This document shows positions 28,480 to 38,648 of a stretch of DNA of 64,000 nucleotides, in pieces (position 1 is the stretch's first letter; each line of letters opens with the position of its first letter). Under the pieces are notes generated by a model. That model saw nothing but the letters and a program-made list of their open reading frames with translations, had not been told where the DNA came from and made no database searches. This stretch comes from Leptonemataceae bacterium (lineage in GTDB: Bacteria; Spirochaetota; Leptospiria; Leptospirales; Leptonemataceae). The stretch is from assembly GCA_965227295.1 (NCBI GenBank), contig OZ245742.1, positions 3,168,001 to 3,232,000 of the forward strand. The letters are read 5' to 3'. The position numbers were made by a program, and so were the translations under genes.

Positions 28480-30210
28480 TCAGGAATTCTTAACGCCGGC
28501 CAAAGACTTTCGATAGAAGTCGCGCACGTCCTCGATTTCCATCCGGGTACGCTGTTCGTTCCAGTCGAGCAACACCGCGGCGCGCCCGGCGATCTTTGCG
28601 AGCGCCGTCTCGCCGGGATCGCCGTAGGTTCCGATGACCAATCGTCGCCGCACCAGGTCTTCCAGGGTCAGTGCGCCCTCGTGCTGAACGGCGTAGTCGA
28701 CCTGGGCCAGGATGTCCAGGCAGGGGTCGGCGGGGGAGTCGCTGCCCTCCGGCAGGATGCGTTCGGCGAGCGTTGCATCTTGCTGCACGAGGGCGAGGAC
28801 CTCGCGATGGCGAACGCCGTAACACGTGATGAGATGATCGTGCACTGCTTGTGAGATGCCGGGCGCGGCGTACTCCCGCAGCGCGAAGGCCCGGTACTCC
28901 TCGGCCGACTCGGCGAAACCCGGCGCATCGACGAAGGCTTCGCGATGGCTACGACTGCGATTGCGCCGGGCCGGTGACCCGCGCAGTTCCGTTTTGCGCA
29001 GCGCGTGGTCTACGACCTGGGCGCCCAGAGCACGGGACGTGGTCCATTTACCGCCGGCGACGCTCAGCAAGCCGGCAAGTTTCGGCGCGTGATCGTAGAC
29101 CTCGGAGCGTCGGGACAAGCCGCGCGTGCCTTTTTCCGGATCGGCGCCGTCGGCGGCGAGGGGGCGTACGCCGGTGATGGCATGACGCAGGCGCAACCGT
29201 TCAAAGGTGTGTGCCGGCAGATTCTCACGCAGATCGGAACGCAGGCCGTCGATCTCTTCTTCGCGGGGCAGGGCGTCGTCGGGACTGCCCTGGTACGAAA
29301 GATCCGTCGGCCCGATGAGCGATCGCCCGCGCCAGGGGAGGATCAAAAAATCATTGCGGCTGCCGTTAATAAATACGGCGTGATCCCGGGGATGTTTGTC
29401 CGCAAAGAGCGGTTCGGTGATCAAATGAATGCCGGTGCTGCGCACGACGTGTTTCTCACCCTGCGGTTCGGCCAGGGCCAGCAATCGGTCCATCCAGGGT
29501 CCCGAGGCGTTTACGAAGAGTTTCGCGCGCAGCTCGTGGTTTGTGCCGTCGATGGTATCCCGGACCTGCGCGGCCCGAATGCGGCGGCCGCCCTTCGGCG
29601 CGTCGGCGATGTCGAAGTCCGTTAATTCACAGTGATTCAACATTAGCGCGCCGTCCCGGGCCCCGGTGAGGGCCCAGGCGATGCTCAGCCGTTCCGGGTG
29701 AATGCTCTGGTAATCGTAGTAGACAAAGCCGCCGATCAGGTCCTTGCTTTCGATGTCGGGTTCCTCGGCCAGGAGCTCTTCGCGGCTGATCTTTTTGTAC
29801 GGCGGGAGGCGCTTGTCCTCGGCCACGCCGCGGTTGCGGTCGTAGCCGAGCCAGTCGTAGATGGTGAGCGCGGCGTGCATCTCCCAGTTCTTCGGCTTGC
29901 GCTTCGCGTAAATCGGGACCAGGAATCGCAGCGGTCGCACTAAGTTCGGCGCGGCGCAACCTGAGATGCGCCGTTCGCGCAGGCTTTCCCGGACGATGCC
30001 GAACTCGTAGTTCTTAAGATAGCGCAGGCCGCCGTGGAGCAGCTTCGAAGTGGCCGCCGAGGTGGCCCAGCCCCAGTCGTTTTTTTCGACGCAGACCACG
30101 GACAACCCCCGGTGCGCGGCCTCGCGCGCCACGGCGATTCCGGTAATGCCCCCGCCGATGACGGCCAGGTCGAATTCCCGGGAGAGCTGTGTGAAATCGC
30201 GGGTGAGCAT
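28480..30210 (-). CDS. glpD: FAD-dependent glycerol-3-phosphate dehydrogenase
   Basis: GGGITG, TSAATSKLLHGGLRYL, NASGPW, GVRPL, GGKWTT. Confidence 0.92.
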   Translation of the reverse strand: MLTRDFTQLSREFDLAVIGGGITGIAVAREAAHRGLSVVCVEKNDWGWATSAATSKLLHGGLRYLKNYEFGIVRESLRERRISGCAAPNLVRPLRFLVPIYAKRKPKNWEMHAALTIYDWLGYDRNRGVAEDKRLPPYKKISREELLAEEPDIESKDLIGGFVYYDYQSIHPERLSIAWALTGARDGALMLNHCELTDFDIADAPKGGRRIRAAQVRDTIDGTNHELRAKLFVNASGPWMDRLLALAEPQGEKHVVRSTGIHLITEPLFADKHPRDHAVFINGSRNDFLILPWRGRSLIGPTDLSYQGSPDDALPREEEIDGLRSDLRENLPAHTFERLRLRHAITGVRPLAADGADPEKGTRGLSRRSEVYDHAPKLAGLLSVAGGKWTTSRALGAQVVDHALRKTELRGSPARRNRSRSHREAFVDAPGFAESAEEYRAFALREYAAPGISQAVHDHLITCYGVRHREVLALVQQDATLAERILPEGSDSPADPCLDILAQVDYAVQHEGALTLEDLVRRRLVIGTYGDPGETALAKIAGRAAVLLDWNEQRTRMEIEDVRDFYRKSLAGVKNS

Positions 30211-30220
30211 GGGGTGATGA

Positions 30221-30359
30221 AACTCCGAGGACCGAGGTGTCGAGGGAAGAAGAGTGAAATAGAAGGGTGTGCAGGCTATGTGAGCTTTCTTTGCCTGCTC
30301 GTATTCTGGTTACGAAAACCCTCCCTGGTCCTTGACTCGGTACCTCGGTCCTCGGAGTT
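30221..30359. repeat. Family A palindromic element, copy 3 (unrelated interior)
   Basis: Arms AACTCCGAGGACCGAGGTGTCGAG and CTCGGTACCTCGGTCCTCGGAGTT. Confidence 0.85.
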
Positions 30360-30370
30360 GGCTATGAATC

Positions 30371-31537
30371 TCAGCCCCGTTTTTTCAACAGGACCTTGCG
30401 TTCGATCTCGAAGATCTTCGTCGTGATCTTTTCTTTGCCGAGGTTTTTCTTGTCGTTTTCTTTAATGAAGAGATCCTCACCGAATTGATCCAGGGCCTCG
30501 GAGGTCTTCATGCCGGCCACGCCGATGAACTGAAACTGCACCGTGCCGGTGTTCGGGAGCGGGCCGTCTTCGACGGCGAGGACGCGGGAGATGGCACCCA
30601 CCGTGGTGTTGCTGGTGGCCGGTTGCGTGTGATAACCCTCGGTGTAACCCAGGTCCCAGACCATGTTCTCGGTGGTGTCGCGGGAGGCGAGGCCGATGAG
30701 CCAGGCGAATACCAGGCCGCCGTAGACGATAGGTTCCCCGCTCATCTTGCCGGAGAGACCCGTGGAATAGATGCGATCGTAGTGTAGCGGATGCGTGTTG
30801 CCCATGCGATAGGTCCAGGGCACGTGTTCGTCGGTGATCGTACGCATGTTCTTGTGCACGATGATCTGGCCGGGCTGGAAGTCCTCGAAGTAGGTGTCCG
30901 ATCCGGTCTGGCTCTTAATATCATCTCCGGGTACTTTAAGATCCGGCAGGTCGATCTCCGGATTTTCCACGGCAGGAAAGGCCGCGTTGGGATCGCCGGG
31001 ATTACCGGCGCCGTCTCCGCCGCGGGGGGGGACCATGATCTTGCGTTCGTATTGAATGACGACTTCGCCGCGCTGGTTCATGCCGATGGTGCGCACGTGG
31101 ACGATGCCGGGTTTGCCTTCGCCGCGTTCGCGGCGGTTCAGCACTTTCGAGCGCGCGGTGATGGTGTCGCCGGGATAGACCGGCTTGAGAAAGGCCACGT
31201 CGTAGTAGCCGAGATTCGCGATGGCTTTCTCGCTGTTGTTCTGCACGCCGAGTGAGAGCACGATGTTAAAGACCATCATGGGATGCACGAGCATGTCGGC
31301 GAAGCCGTGGGCCTCTGCGTACGGCACGCTCAGGAAGAGCGGATTCGCGTCGTGGAAGGTCGTTGCGTATTCCTGTGCGAACGAGCGATCGATGGTCCAC
31401 GCGCGCGGATGGATGAAGACGTCGCCTTCGCGAAAGTCCTCGAGGAAGCGCCCGTACTCGGGTTTTTTGATGTGATCTCCGCTGTAGGGAGTGCTCGGTG
31501 CGAGTTCTTGAAAGGATTTGACGGGAATCTTTGCCAT
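30371..31537 (-). CDS. Double hot-dog MaoC dehydratase, mesaconyl-CoA hydratase-like
   Basis: [28 protein letters not shown]; second domain [18 protein letters not shown]. Confidence 0.8.
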   Translation of the reverse strand: MAKIPVKSFQELAPSTPYSGDHIKKPEYGRFLEDFREGDVFIHPRAWTIDRSFAQEYATTFHDANPLFLSVPYAEAHGFADMLVHPMMVFNIVLSLGVQNNSEKAIANLGYYDVAFLKPVYPGDTITARSKVLNRRERGEGKPGIVHVRTIGMNQRGEVVIQYERKIMVPPRGGDGAGNPGDPNAAFPAVENPEIDLPDLKVPGDDIKSQTGSDTYFEDFQPGQIIVHKNMRTITDEHVPWTYRMGNTHPLHYDRIYSTGLSGKMSGEPIVYGGLVFAWLIGLASRDTTENMVWDLGYTEGYHTQPATSNTTVGAISRVLAVEDGPLPNTGTVQFQFIGVAGMKTSEALDQFGEDLFIKENDKKNLGKEKITTKIFEIERKVLLKKRG

Positions 31538-31615
31538 GGGGCCAGATTCAGATTCGAGGTCATTGCGTAAACCATTTACCGGACGTCACCGGAGGTTCAC
31601 GCATCTTTCAACAAA

Positions 31616-32263
31616 ATGTCATTGTTTCCCCGAACAGGCGCGCCCATCTTATGGGTCCGCATCGCCGTAACCCTCGCCGTGCTCGTTGCCGCCGGCGGTG
31701 CCGCGTACTCGATCTACCGCAAACCCCTGGCCGAGATTCGCCGCGGCCTGCCGCCGCACGTGGTCACGCCGTTTCTTACGGCCGTCGGCGTCGCCTTCGC
31801 GGTGTTCGTAATCGTCTTTTTGTTTTATCTGCTGCGTAAGCGCCGGCGTCTGGGACGGATTCTATTGACCTGCCGCAGCGTCGGCCGTCGGCGTATGCGC
31901 CTGGTAACGTTGGGCTTCGGTCTCTTGTGCGCGCTGCAGTTGTTCCTCGCGTTCTTCTGGAGCATCAATGCCGCGCCGGCATTGCTCAGCGGCGGACTCT
32001 TTTTGTTTTATGTGAGCTATCTTTTTTTTCGCATGGGTGTCTACGACGGCGGTCTCGCCGCGGCCGGCGGTTTCTTCGAATGGAACGAACTCACGAGTTA
32101 TCACTGGGACGCCGAGGCGGGGTTGCTGTACTTCTTTCGCCGCGAATCCCGCTGGCACGCCGCCCCGCCGGTGATCTTTCGCATCATGGATAACCAGCGC
32201 GACGGCCTGGAACGATTGCTGTCGCGTAAGTTACACGAGAAACTCGCCGCGCGGAACGGCTAA
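31616..32263 (+). CDS. Hypothetical membrane protein (DUF5673-like C-terminus)
   Basis: 4 TM helices, then GVYDGG..FEWNELTSYHW. Confidence 0.65.
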   Translation: MSLFPRTGAPILWVRIAVTLAVLVAAGGAAYSIYRKPLAEIRRGLPPHVVTPFLTAVGVAFAVFVIVFLFYLLRKRRRLGRILLTCRSVGRRRMRLVTLGFGLLCALQLFLAFFWSINAAPALLSGGLFLFYVSYLFFRMGVYDGGLAAAGGFFEWNELTSYHWDAEAGLLYFFRRESRWHAAPPVIFRIMDNQRDGLERLLSRKLHEKLAARNG

Positions 32264-32281
32264 GTGTTGCTCGATTGATGT

Positions 32282-32962
32282 TTATTTCTGCGCGGCCACG
32301 CGCGCGCAGATGTCCAGGGCCTGTACGACGAAGCCCGGCTCCGACATGCGTTCGCTTCCGAACGTGGGCATGACCATGTTATCGTTCAACACGAGTTCGA
32401 TGACGTCCCCGGCGGCGCGGACGTCGGTGAAGTGCCAGTTACGTCCCAGGCGTTGGAGTTCTCCGTCGGCGACCACTTTTTCGGCAAACGTGCGGTCCGT
32501 ACCAAAAACCCGGGCCCTGCCCACGCGCAGATCCTCGAACTCCGGCAACTCCACGTTGCGTTGTTCGAACATGTCCATGAGCCACTGGTCCGTCCGCAGC
32601 GGGCCGACGTGTTCCTTAAGCATGATTTTAGGAAAGTTAGCGCCCGGCACCCGCATCTGTACGTGCAGGGTCTGGTAGAACGTGTTGCGACCCTCCAACT
32701 CGCGGACCATGCCCCAGCCGCTCTCGCCGGAAAGGATGAGTTTGCCGTAGTTCGTACCGAGGCCGAAGTAGACGTCCGTGGGATAACCTTTGTACTCGCC
32801 GGTGAGTCGATTGCCCTGGAGTTGCAGGCCGGTGCGTCTTAAGAGATCCGGTACGAAGTTGCGGGCTCTACGACTGCCGCGTACCGCACGGTAGATCATG
32901 AACGGGACAAAGAGGCCGAAGCCCAGGATTAAGAAACCGATGAGGATGGCGACGCCGAGCAT
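32282..32962 (-). CDS. Hypothetical protein, single N-terminal TM
   Basis: 226 aa ORF with typical codon usage. Confidence 0.7.
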   Translation of the reverse strand: MLGVAILIGFLILGFGLFVPFMIYRAVRGSRRARNFVPDLLRRTGLQLQGNRLTGEYKGYPTDVYFGLGTNYGKLILSGESGWGMVRELEGRNTFYQTLHVQMRVPGANFPKIMLKEHVGPLRTDQWLMDMFEQRNVELPEFEDLRVGRARVFGTDRTFAEKVVADGELQRLGRNWHFTDVRAAGDVIELVLNDNMVMPTFGSERMSEPGFVVQALDICARVAAQK

Positions 32963-33028
32963 GGCGAAAATATGGTTGTAGGATTGGACCGGTCAAGTGG
33001 AATCCGGGAGCGTGAGAGGTTGTTTGCA

Positions 33029-33310
33029 ATGAACGGAGACGAGGTCGTATCGATTTTCTTATTGTTACTGCTTTTGGGTTTGCCGTTCACGGCGCTGTGG
33101 ATCTACGCCCTGGTGGATTGCGCGCGCAACGAGCCCGCCGCCGGTCTCACGCGCATGAACTGGCTGTTGGTGATCGCCATCGGCGGGGCCTTCGGCGCGG
33201 CGTTGTATTTACTGTATCGCCGACCGCGAAGGCCGAAGCGCGATGCCGTGTTGGACGATCCGGAGGGACGTTCGATCTTCGTGCGGCGGCCGAACGACTG
33301 GAAGTCTTAG
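33029..33310 (+). CDS. PLDc N-terminal-domain small membrane protein
   Basis: LWIYALVDC..W..VI..GA.LY pattern. Confidence 0.75.
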   Translation: MNGDEVVSIFLLLLLLGLPFTALWIYALVDCARNEPAAGLTRMNWLLVIAIGGAFGAALYLLYRRPRRPKRDAVLDDPEGRSIFVRRPNDWKS

Positions 33311-33338
33311 GTTCTTGTGGCCGCCGGTTAGTGCCGGC

Positions 33339-33572
33339 TCAGCGTTGCGCCGCGGCCCCGCCTACGACTTCGTAGACCGCCAGGGTAAAGTCGGGTCGCT
33401 CCCGATACACGCAGAGTTCGCCGGGTTTCAGGGCCGTAACGGGAATGCTGCGCATCGTATTTTCGCCGGGAATCTCTCCGGCATTGTCCACAAGCTCGGG
33501 AGAAACCTGTACCTCGGCCGTCTCGGGGACTTCGGTGATTTCTTCGGTGAGTTTGTTTTGTAGTTGGATCAT
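33339..33572 (-). CDS. Small hypothetical protein
   Basis: 77 aa ORF with a -10-like TATGCT 6 nt before the ATG. Confidence 0.55.
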   Translation of the reverse strand: MIQLQNKLTEEITEVPETAEVQVSPELVDNAGEIPGENTMRSIPVTALKPGELCVYRERPDFTLAVYEVVGGAAAQR

Positions 33573-33611
33573 GCCTTCAGCATAGTAAAGTTACGCCGGG
33601 CTCGCCAGGGT

Positions 33612-34277
33612 TCACTCCGCCGTAAACCCCGCTCCCTTGTGACTGCCGTCGCAGAACGGCTTGTTCTCCGATGCTCCGCAGCGACACAGCGCGGCCTTTT
33701 TGCCGGACCAGGCCGGACGCCCGCTTCCCGCTAAGATCGAAAAACTACCGGTTAAGAGCAGGGGGCCGTCTTTCGCCTTCGCGATCTCAAGTTCACCGCC
33801 GGCATTTTCCAGTGTCGCGCCGTCGCCGCTTTCGCCGACGGCGCCGTGATCGCGGAACTCTCCGTCGTTGTGGGAATTGTCGCAGAAGGGTTTGTTCTTC
33901 GAAAGGCCGCAGCGACACATGGCCGCGCGGAACTGTACGCCGGGCATTTCGTTAAGGTCGACTTCCTGGATCTTAAGCTTTCCGCGCACGTAGAGGGGAC
34001 CGTTATTTGCCACCATGACCGTGTTGTGCTCCGGGGCGCTTTCCGCCGCGCCGCCGTCCTTGCGATGATAACTCAACGCGCCGCTGGGACAGCGCTCGAT
34101 GACGTCGACGACTTCGTCCATGCCGTTGCCGGCCTGATCAGGCTGGCACCAGGGCTTGCGGCCGCCGACGAATAGATCGCCCTTTGCGCGCCCGCATTCC
34201 CCGACGTGGATGCACAGGCCGCCGTGCCACTTCACGTCTGCATTGCTGCCTTCGTAGGTGTAGACTTGTTTTGACAT
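33612..34277 (-). CDS. Divergent 4Fe-4S domain + two CDGSH iron-sulfur domains
   Basis: CIHVGEC..CPSGAL; CRCGLSKNKPFCDNSH; CRCGASENKPFCDGSH. Confidence 0.92.
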   Translation of the reverse strand: MSKQVYTYEGSNADVKWHGGLCIHVGECGRAKGDLFVGGRKPWCQPDQAGNGMDEVVDVIERCPSGALSYHRKDGGAAESAPEHNTVMVANNGPLYVRGKLKIQEVDLNEMPGVQFRAAMCRCGLSKNKPFCDNSHNDGEFRDHGAVGESGDGATLENAGGELEIAKAKDGPLLLTGSFSILAGSGRPAWSGKKAALCRCGASENKPFCDGSHKGAGFTAE

Positions 34278-34424
34278 ATCACTTAAACAAAACAATCTTC
34301 CCGGCGATGTCTAGCCGTAATCGCGGTCTCAAATTGAGAAACATGAATGAGTGTTTGTTTGGCCGCCGTGCCCGGCGGCGTCGGGAGCCGCCGGGCACGG
34401 CGGCCTCACATCCTGTGCATGATC

Positions 34425-35126
34425 TCACCAGGTCTCGCCGAACGGTCGCACGTCGACCTCGAACGACCACGCGCTCTTCGGCTGTTGCGTAATGTTCCAA
34501 ACGGTCTCCGCGATTTCTGCCGGCTTCAGAAAAAACGAATCGTCTTTGTCCGGCACCATCTGGCGGGTGCGGGGGAGATCGACCATGCCGTCGATGATCA
34601 AGAGCGCGACGTGTACGCCCGCCGGCCAGAGATGCCTTGCCAGGCTCTGGGCCATGTTACGCTGGGCGGCCTTGGCCGAGGCGAAGGCCGTGAACTTCGC
34701 CCCGCCCCGGAGTGAGGCCGTCGCGCCGATGAACACGATGCTGCCCGCGCCGCGGCTCTTCATTTTCGGCAGGACCTCTTTCGCCGCCGCAAGTCCGCCG
34801 AGGGCGTTGACCTTCCAGGCGTTTTCGAAATCGTCGAGGGACGTTTCTTCCGGATTACCGAAGACTCCGGAGCCGGCGTTGTAAATCAGGACGTCGACCT
34901 CGCCGAGATCTTTGCGAATGTTTGCAAACGTCGCCTGGATGCTTGCGGGATCGGCGGCGTCGCATTCGTAGTAGCGCGAGTCCGGCAACTCGCCGGCGAT
35001 TTTTTCGGTGGTTCGGGGGCTGCGGGACAACAAGGCCAGGGCGTAGCCTTGCTCCGAGAATTTGCGGGCGAAGGCCTCGCCGTTGCCGGGGCCGACGCCG
35101 AGAACGACGCATACGGGTTTGTTCAT
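34425..35126 (-). CDS. Short-chain dehydrogenase/reductase
   Basis: GVGPGNG, YNAG, GATASLRG, FASAK, IIDG; start overlaps the yihY-like stop. Confidence 0.9.
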   Translation of the reverse strand: MNKPVCVVLGVGPGNGEAFARKFSEQGYALALLSRSPRTTEKIAGELPDSRYYECDAADPASIQATFANIRKDLGEVDVLIYNAGSGVFGNPEETSLDDFENAWKVNALGGLAAAKEVLPKMKSRGAGSIVFIGATASLRGGAKFTAFASAKAAQRNMAQSLARHLWPAGVHVALLIIDGMVDLPRTRQMVPDKDDSFFLKPAEIAETVWNITQQPKSAWSFEVDVRPFGETW

Positions 35127-37597
35127 GATTCCTCCGTGTTGTCCTGTTTCTTTTTCTTTTTTCCGCGCCGCAACCAACCGCCCTTCGCCTTCGCCTCTTC
35201 CTCGTGTTTCAACAACGGCAGCAGATCCGCGATCGTCACTTCTCCCGCCACGCGATCCAGTTCCTTAAGCATCGCTTGCTGTAACTTAGAGACGCGCTTG
35301 TGAAAACGGCCCTCCGGCAGAATCGCGGATTCGGGAATGTGCAGCGCGTTCTCGACGATGAGCCGTTCCAGGGAGCTTACGTGAATGTCCGAGGGCGGAC
35401 GGACCGGGAAGTACTCGCCGGCCACGGCGTCGTAGCCGATCATCTGCGCGCCGACCAGGCGGTCCCGGGCGTACTCCAGCTTCATGGCGTCGCGCCGAAA
35501 AAAACGCAGGGCCTGTTCATCGGTGAGCGGGCGTTTGCGATCGTAGAGATGATGATACGTGAGCGAAATCAAAAGCAGGAAGTTCCACAGCAACGAGTCC
35601 TCGGCCTCTTCTTCGTTATGCGCGAGGGCCGCCGTTCCCATATACAGGTACGGATGTTGTAAGACGTAGGCCACCTCCAGTCCGAATAAGATGATCTGAG
35701 CAGAAACTAAGATCACGAGCAGGCCCAGGGGAATGGCCGCCCACACGCCGTAGATGTAGCCGGTGGTGGTGGAGCCGGCCATCCAGGTGCGGAAGATCAC
35801 GATGAACACGACGAGGGCCACCGAGGTAAGACCCGCGCCGATGCCCGCGGCCCGCCAGTCCACCGAGGCGAACGGGACCAACGCATAGGCCAGGGCAATG
35901 ATCAAAAAGATCGTCAGCAGCAGGAACACGCCCAGGACCAGGCGCAGCAGGATCGAGCGCACGCTGTGAAAGCGCGCTAACATCTCGTAATCGAAAGCTA
36001 CGTACGGGTGCCGGTTTTCGTCGAGGTTATCCTCGAGAATCTTCGCGGCATTGATGCGCAGGATCGAGGCCTCTTCGCCGGCCAGGAGGACGCCGCGGCC
36101 GTTCAGACGATGATGCGCGAGAAAGACATTGCTTTCCAGGGCCGACGTCTGCGTGCGCAGCCAGGTGCGCCCCCCGTCCACGGTGTATCGAAACAGGCCG
36201 CCCGAACCGTAGAGCATGCCGGTGCCGTCCTCGTCGATGTAAAATCCCCGCACGGACTGGTCGAAGTTCGCGCGCAGACTTACGTACGTCTTCGTACCGT
36301 TGGCGTTGATCCAGAACGTGCCGTTGGAGCCGCCGAAGTACATGTTGCCTTCAGCGTCCGCCTGCATGGCCCCGATGTTCACCACGCGGTTCTTGAATCG
36401 CTCCAGATACGAATTGGACCAGTTGTTTCCGTCCGCCGAGTAGATGTAGCGGCCCTTGCCGGTAATAAAATATCCATTGCGAAAGATGTTCTTAGCATCC
36501 GGCGAAATGTTGTTAATGAAAAAGATCTTTCGATAGATGCCGTCCAGGGGGGCGTAGCGCCAGTCCGAGTACTCCGCGCCGTCGCCGGTGCGGTAGATGA
36601 GCCCGGAACGGGAGCCCTCGTTGACGAGTAAGATGAGCCGGCCGTCCGCGTCCACGTGCATGTCGCTGAGCTGCGGATTGCGGGAACCGGTGCCGGACTT
36701 GAACTGAATCTTCTGGAAGCGAAAGGTGCGGCCGCCGTCGTCCGAGTAGAACAGGGCGCCCGTCTCCGAGATGACGTAGAGCGTGTCCCCGCCGTAGCCG
36801 ACCTCCTTCAACGAAAAGAAGTCGTCCACCGTGAGCGGTGTGCCCGGGTACTGCTCGGCGATGATGTCGTCCGCGCCGCCGATGCGCCGGGAGTCCGGAT
36901 CGATGTACAGGTCCCGAAAGGGCGCCTGGGCGTCGACGATGTTGCGCAGGTTGATTTCGCTGAAGTCGCCGGAGCGCTCGGCGTCTCCGGTCGTGGTGCG
37001 CAGGATGCCGTTGGACGCCACGATCCAGTAGCGCCCTTCGACTTTCAGGATGTCGTTGAGGTTCGGTGGGCGGATCTGATTTAGGAAGAACGACGCGCCG
37101 CTGGCGATGACGTAGATCAACGTCGGCAAAATGGCGAACGAGGCGATGTACAGCGAGAAGCGGTATACCATGGGCCGCGCCTTACGTGCGCGGTAGATGA
37201 AGTTAAAGGCGTCTTCTAAGTGGATCAACAGGTTCGTCGCGGAGTACACGACGAAGACCAGACCGACCCCGGCGATGGTCGTGGCGTTGTCCAGGATCTC
37301 GTCCAGGATCGACAGCACCTCGTTCGTTTCGGTGAGGCCGTAAGCCGCGAGAAAGGCGGCCACGTTCGTGCGGATGTCCGCCTTGTCGATGGACGCGAAG
37401 CGGATCAGCACCGTAAACACCGGGATGATCGAGATGACGATGGCGTAGGCGATGGCGTTGGCCCGCACGGTGCAGTTGTCCGCCAGGAATTTCTCCAGCG
37501 CCGCCCGAATGATCTGATACGTGGTGCGGAACGTCGGAAACGTGCGCTGCCAGAGATCTTTGCCCTTAGAAATTGTTGATGTTAACGTAGTGTTCAT
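35123..37597 (-). CDS. YihY/BrkB-family membrane protein with a large inserted beta-propeller-like domain
   Basis: RANAIAY..P, LEDAFN.I, YGVWAAIP..QIILFGLE; insert with SDDGGRTF, SADGNNW and TVDGGRTW Asp-box motifs. Confidence 0.85.
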   Translation of the reverse strand: MNTTLTSTISKGKDLWQRTFPTFRTTYQIIRAALEKFLADNCTVRANAIAYAIVISIIPVFTVLIRFASIDKADIRTNVAAFLAAYGLTETNEVLSILDEILDNATTIAGVGLVFVVYSATNLLIHLEDAFNFIYRARKARPMVYRFSLYIASFAILPTLIYVIASGASFFLNQIRPPNLNDILKVEGRYWIVASNGILRTTTGDAERSGDFSEINLRNIVDAQAPFRDLYIDPDSRRIGGADDIIAEQYPGTPLTVDDFFSLKEVGYGGDTLYVISETGALFYSDDGGRTFRFQKIQFKSGTGSRNPQLSDMHVDADGRLILLVNEGSRSGLIYRTGDGAEYSDWRYAPLDGIYRKIFFINNISPDAKNIFRNGYFITGKGRYIYSADGNNWSNSYLERFKNRVVNIGAMQADAEGNMYFGGSNGTFWINANGTKTYVSLRANFDQSVRGFYIDEDGTGMLYGSGGLFRYTVDGGRTWLRTQTSALESNVFLAHHRLNGRGVLLAGEEASILRINAAKILEDNLDENRHPYVAFDYEMLARFHSVRSILLRLVLGVFLLLTIFLIIALAYALVPFASVDWRAAGIGAGLTSVALVVFIVIFRTWMAGSTTTGYIYGVWAAIPLGLLVILVSAQIILFGLEVAYVLQHPYLYMGTAALAHNEEEAEDSLLWNFLLLISLTYHHLYDRKRPLTDEQALRFFRRDAMKLEYARDRLVGAQMIGYDAVAGEYFPVRPPSDIHVSSLERLIVENALHIPESAILPEGRFHKRVSKLQQAMLKELDRVAGEVTIADLLPLLKHEEEAKAKGGWLRRGKKKKKQDNTEES

Positions 37598-37601
37598 GAA
37601 A

Positions 37602-37715
37602 CTCTTCGCGTGAGGGATGCGGAGGGGGCCGAAGGCCGTCTCGCGCCGGCGCGAGACCGAAGCGATAGCGGAGCCCGGAGCAGCCCGACCCCGCGCGCCG
37701 CGCGGGGGCACGCCC
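37602..37715 (+). repeat. Family C structured repeat, copy 1
   Basis: CTCTTCGCG..AGGGAT..GGAGGG..GAAGCGATAGCGGAGCCCG..GCAGCCCG..CGCCC, shared with 50863-50972. Confidence 0.85.
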
Positions 37716-37744
37716 AGAAAATTTTCACCCGATCCACTACACTG

Positions 37745-38509
37745 CTATTCGGGTCGTTCCCGAATCACGGCAACTTCGGACAGGGCCACCGCATCGGAGG
37801 TTACGCCGGTGCCCGGATAAAAGTCCAGCACTTCCAGGCGCAACCAGAGTTGCCGCACATTGTGCGGAAAGCGTTCCGAGGGCTGCGGCGGGGCCAGGGC
37901 GGTGGCGGGGAAGTCCTGGGCGCCCATGCGATCGGCCAGGGTGACGACTTCTTCGCCGGCGTAGACCGGCTCGCCGGCCAGGCGATACTCGCGATCGAAG
38001 TCCACGACCTGCTGCCGAAAGTAGATGAGCCGCACGCGGCGGGGCCGGGCGTGGCGGCGGAAGTCCTCGGGCGACGCCTGGTTTCCGCTCCAGATGCGAA
38101 TCGACCGCAGCGGATGCGGCTCCGGCGGTCGGGCCGGGAAGTGGCTCAGGCCGGCCTGGAGCTGGACGAACATCACCGCCGGATTCCAGGGCCAGGGCGC
38201 CCCGTCCGCCGGGCCGGTTCCCGGGGGGGAATTGTCGGAACTCCTACGTGACGGGTCGGAACTCCGCCGGGCCGGGGCGTTGAGGTCCGGAACGGCCGTG
38301 GAGGGATCGCCGTCGATGAGGCGGCGCGGGTCCTGAGCGGCTTGTTCCGGCGCCGCGTAGGTGGAAGAAGAGTAGATGAGCCGGCCGGTCATGGATTTGA
38401 GGGCTTCGGCGCGCCCCGCCGCGCGGCTGACCAGGAAGGTCGAGGCCGCCAGCGCGCCCGCAACGATGAGCGTGGAGGTCCACGGGAGCAGTAAGCGGCG
38501 ATCCGGCAT
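37745..38509 (-). CDS. Hypothetical membrane-anchored protein, discoidin/F5-8 type C-like
   Basis: TM helix, LIDGDPST, IRIWSGNQ..RPRRVRL, LRLEVLDFYPG..ALSEV. Confidence 0.6.
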   Translation of the reverse strand: MPDRRLLLPWTSTLIVAGALAASTFLVSRAAGRAEALKSMTGRLIYSSSTYAAPEQAAQDPRRLIDGDPSTAVPDLNAPARRSSDPSRRSSDNSPPGTGPADGAPWPWNPAVMFVQLQAGLSHFPARPPEPHPLRSIRIWSGNQASPEDFRRHARPRRVRLIYFRQQVVDFDREYRLAGEPVYAGEEVVTLADRMGAQDFPATALAPPQPSERFPHNVRQLWLRLEVLDFYPGTGVTSDAVALSEVAVIRERPE

Positions 38510-38648
38510 CGGCGGCACACTGGCACGCGGGGCGGCATGCTTCACAGTAAAAAATGGATGATCGTGGACCCCCGCCTGAAAATCCTGTACAGTAGAGGAA
38601 AATCAATCCTCGTTCTTAACCCCAGGCAGCCCCGGCCGGACCAAAGTC

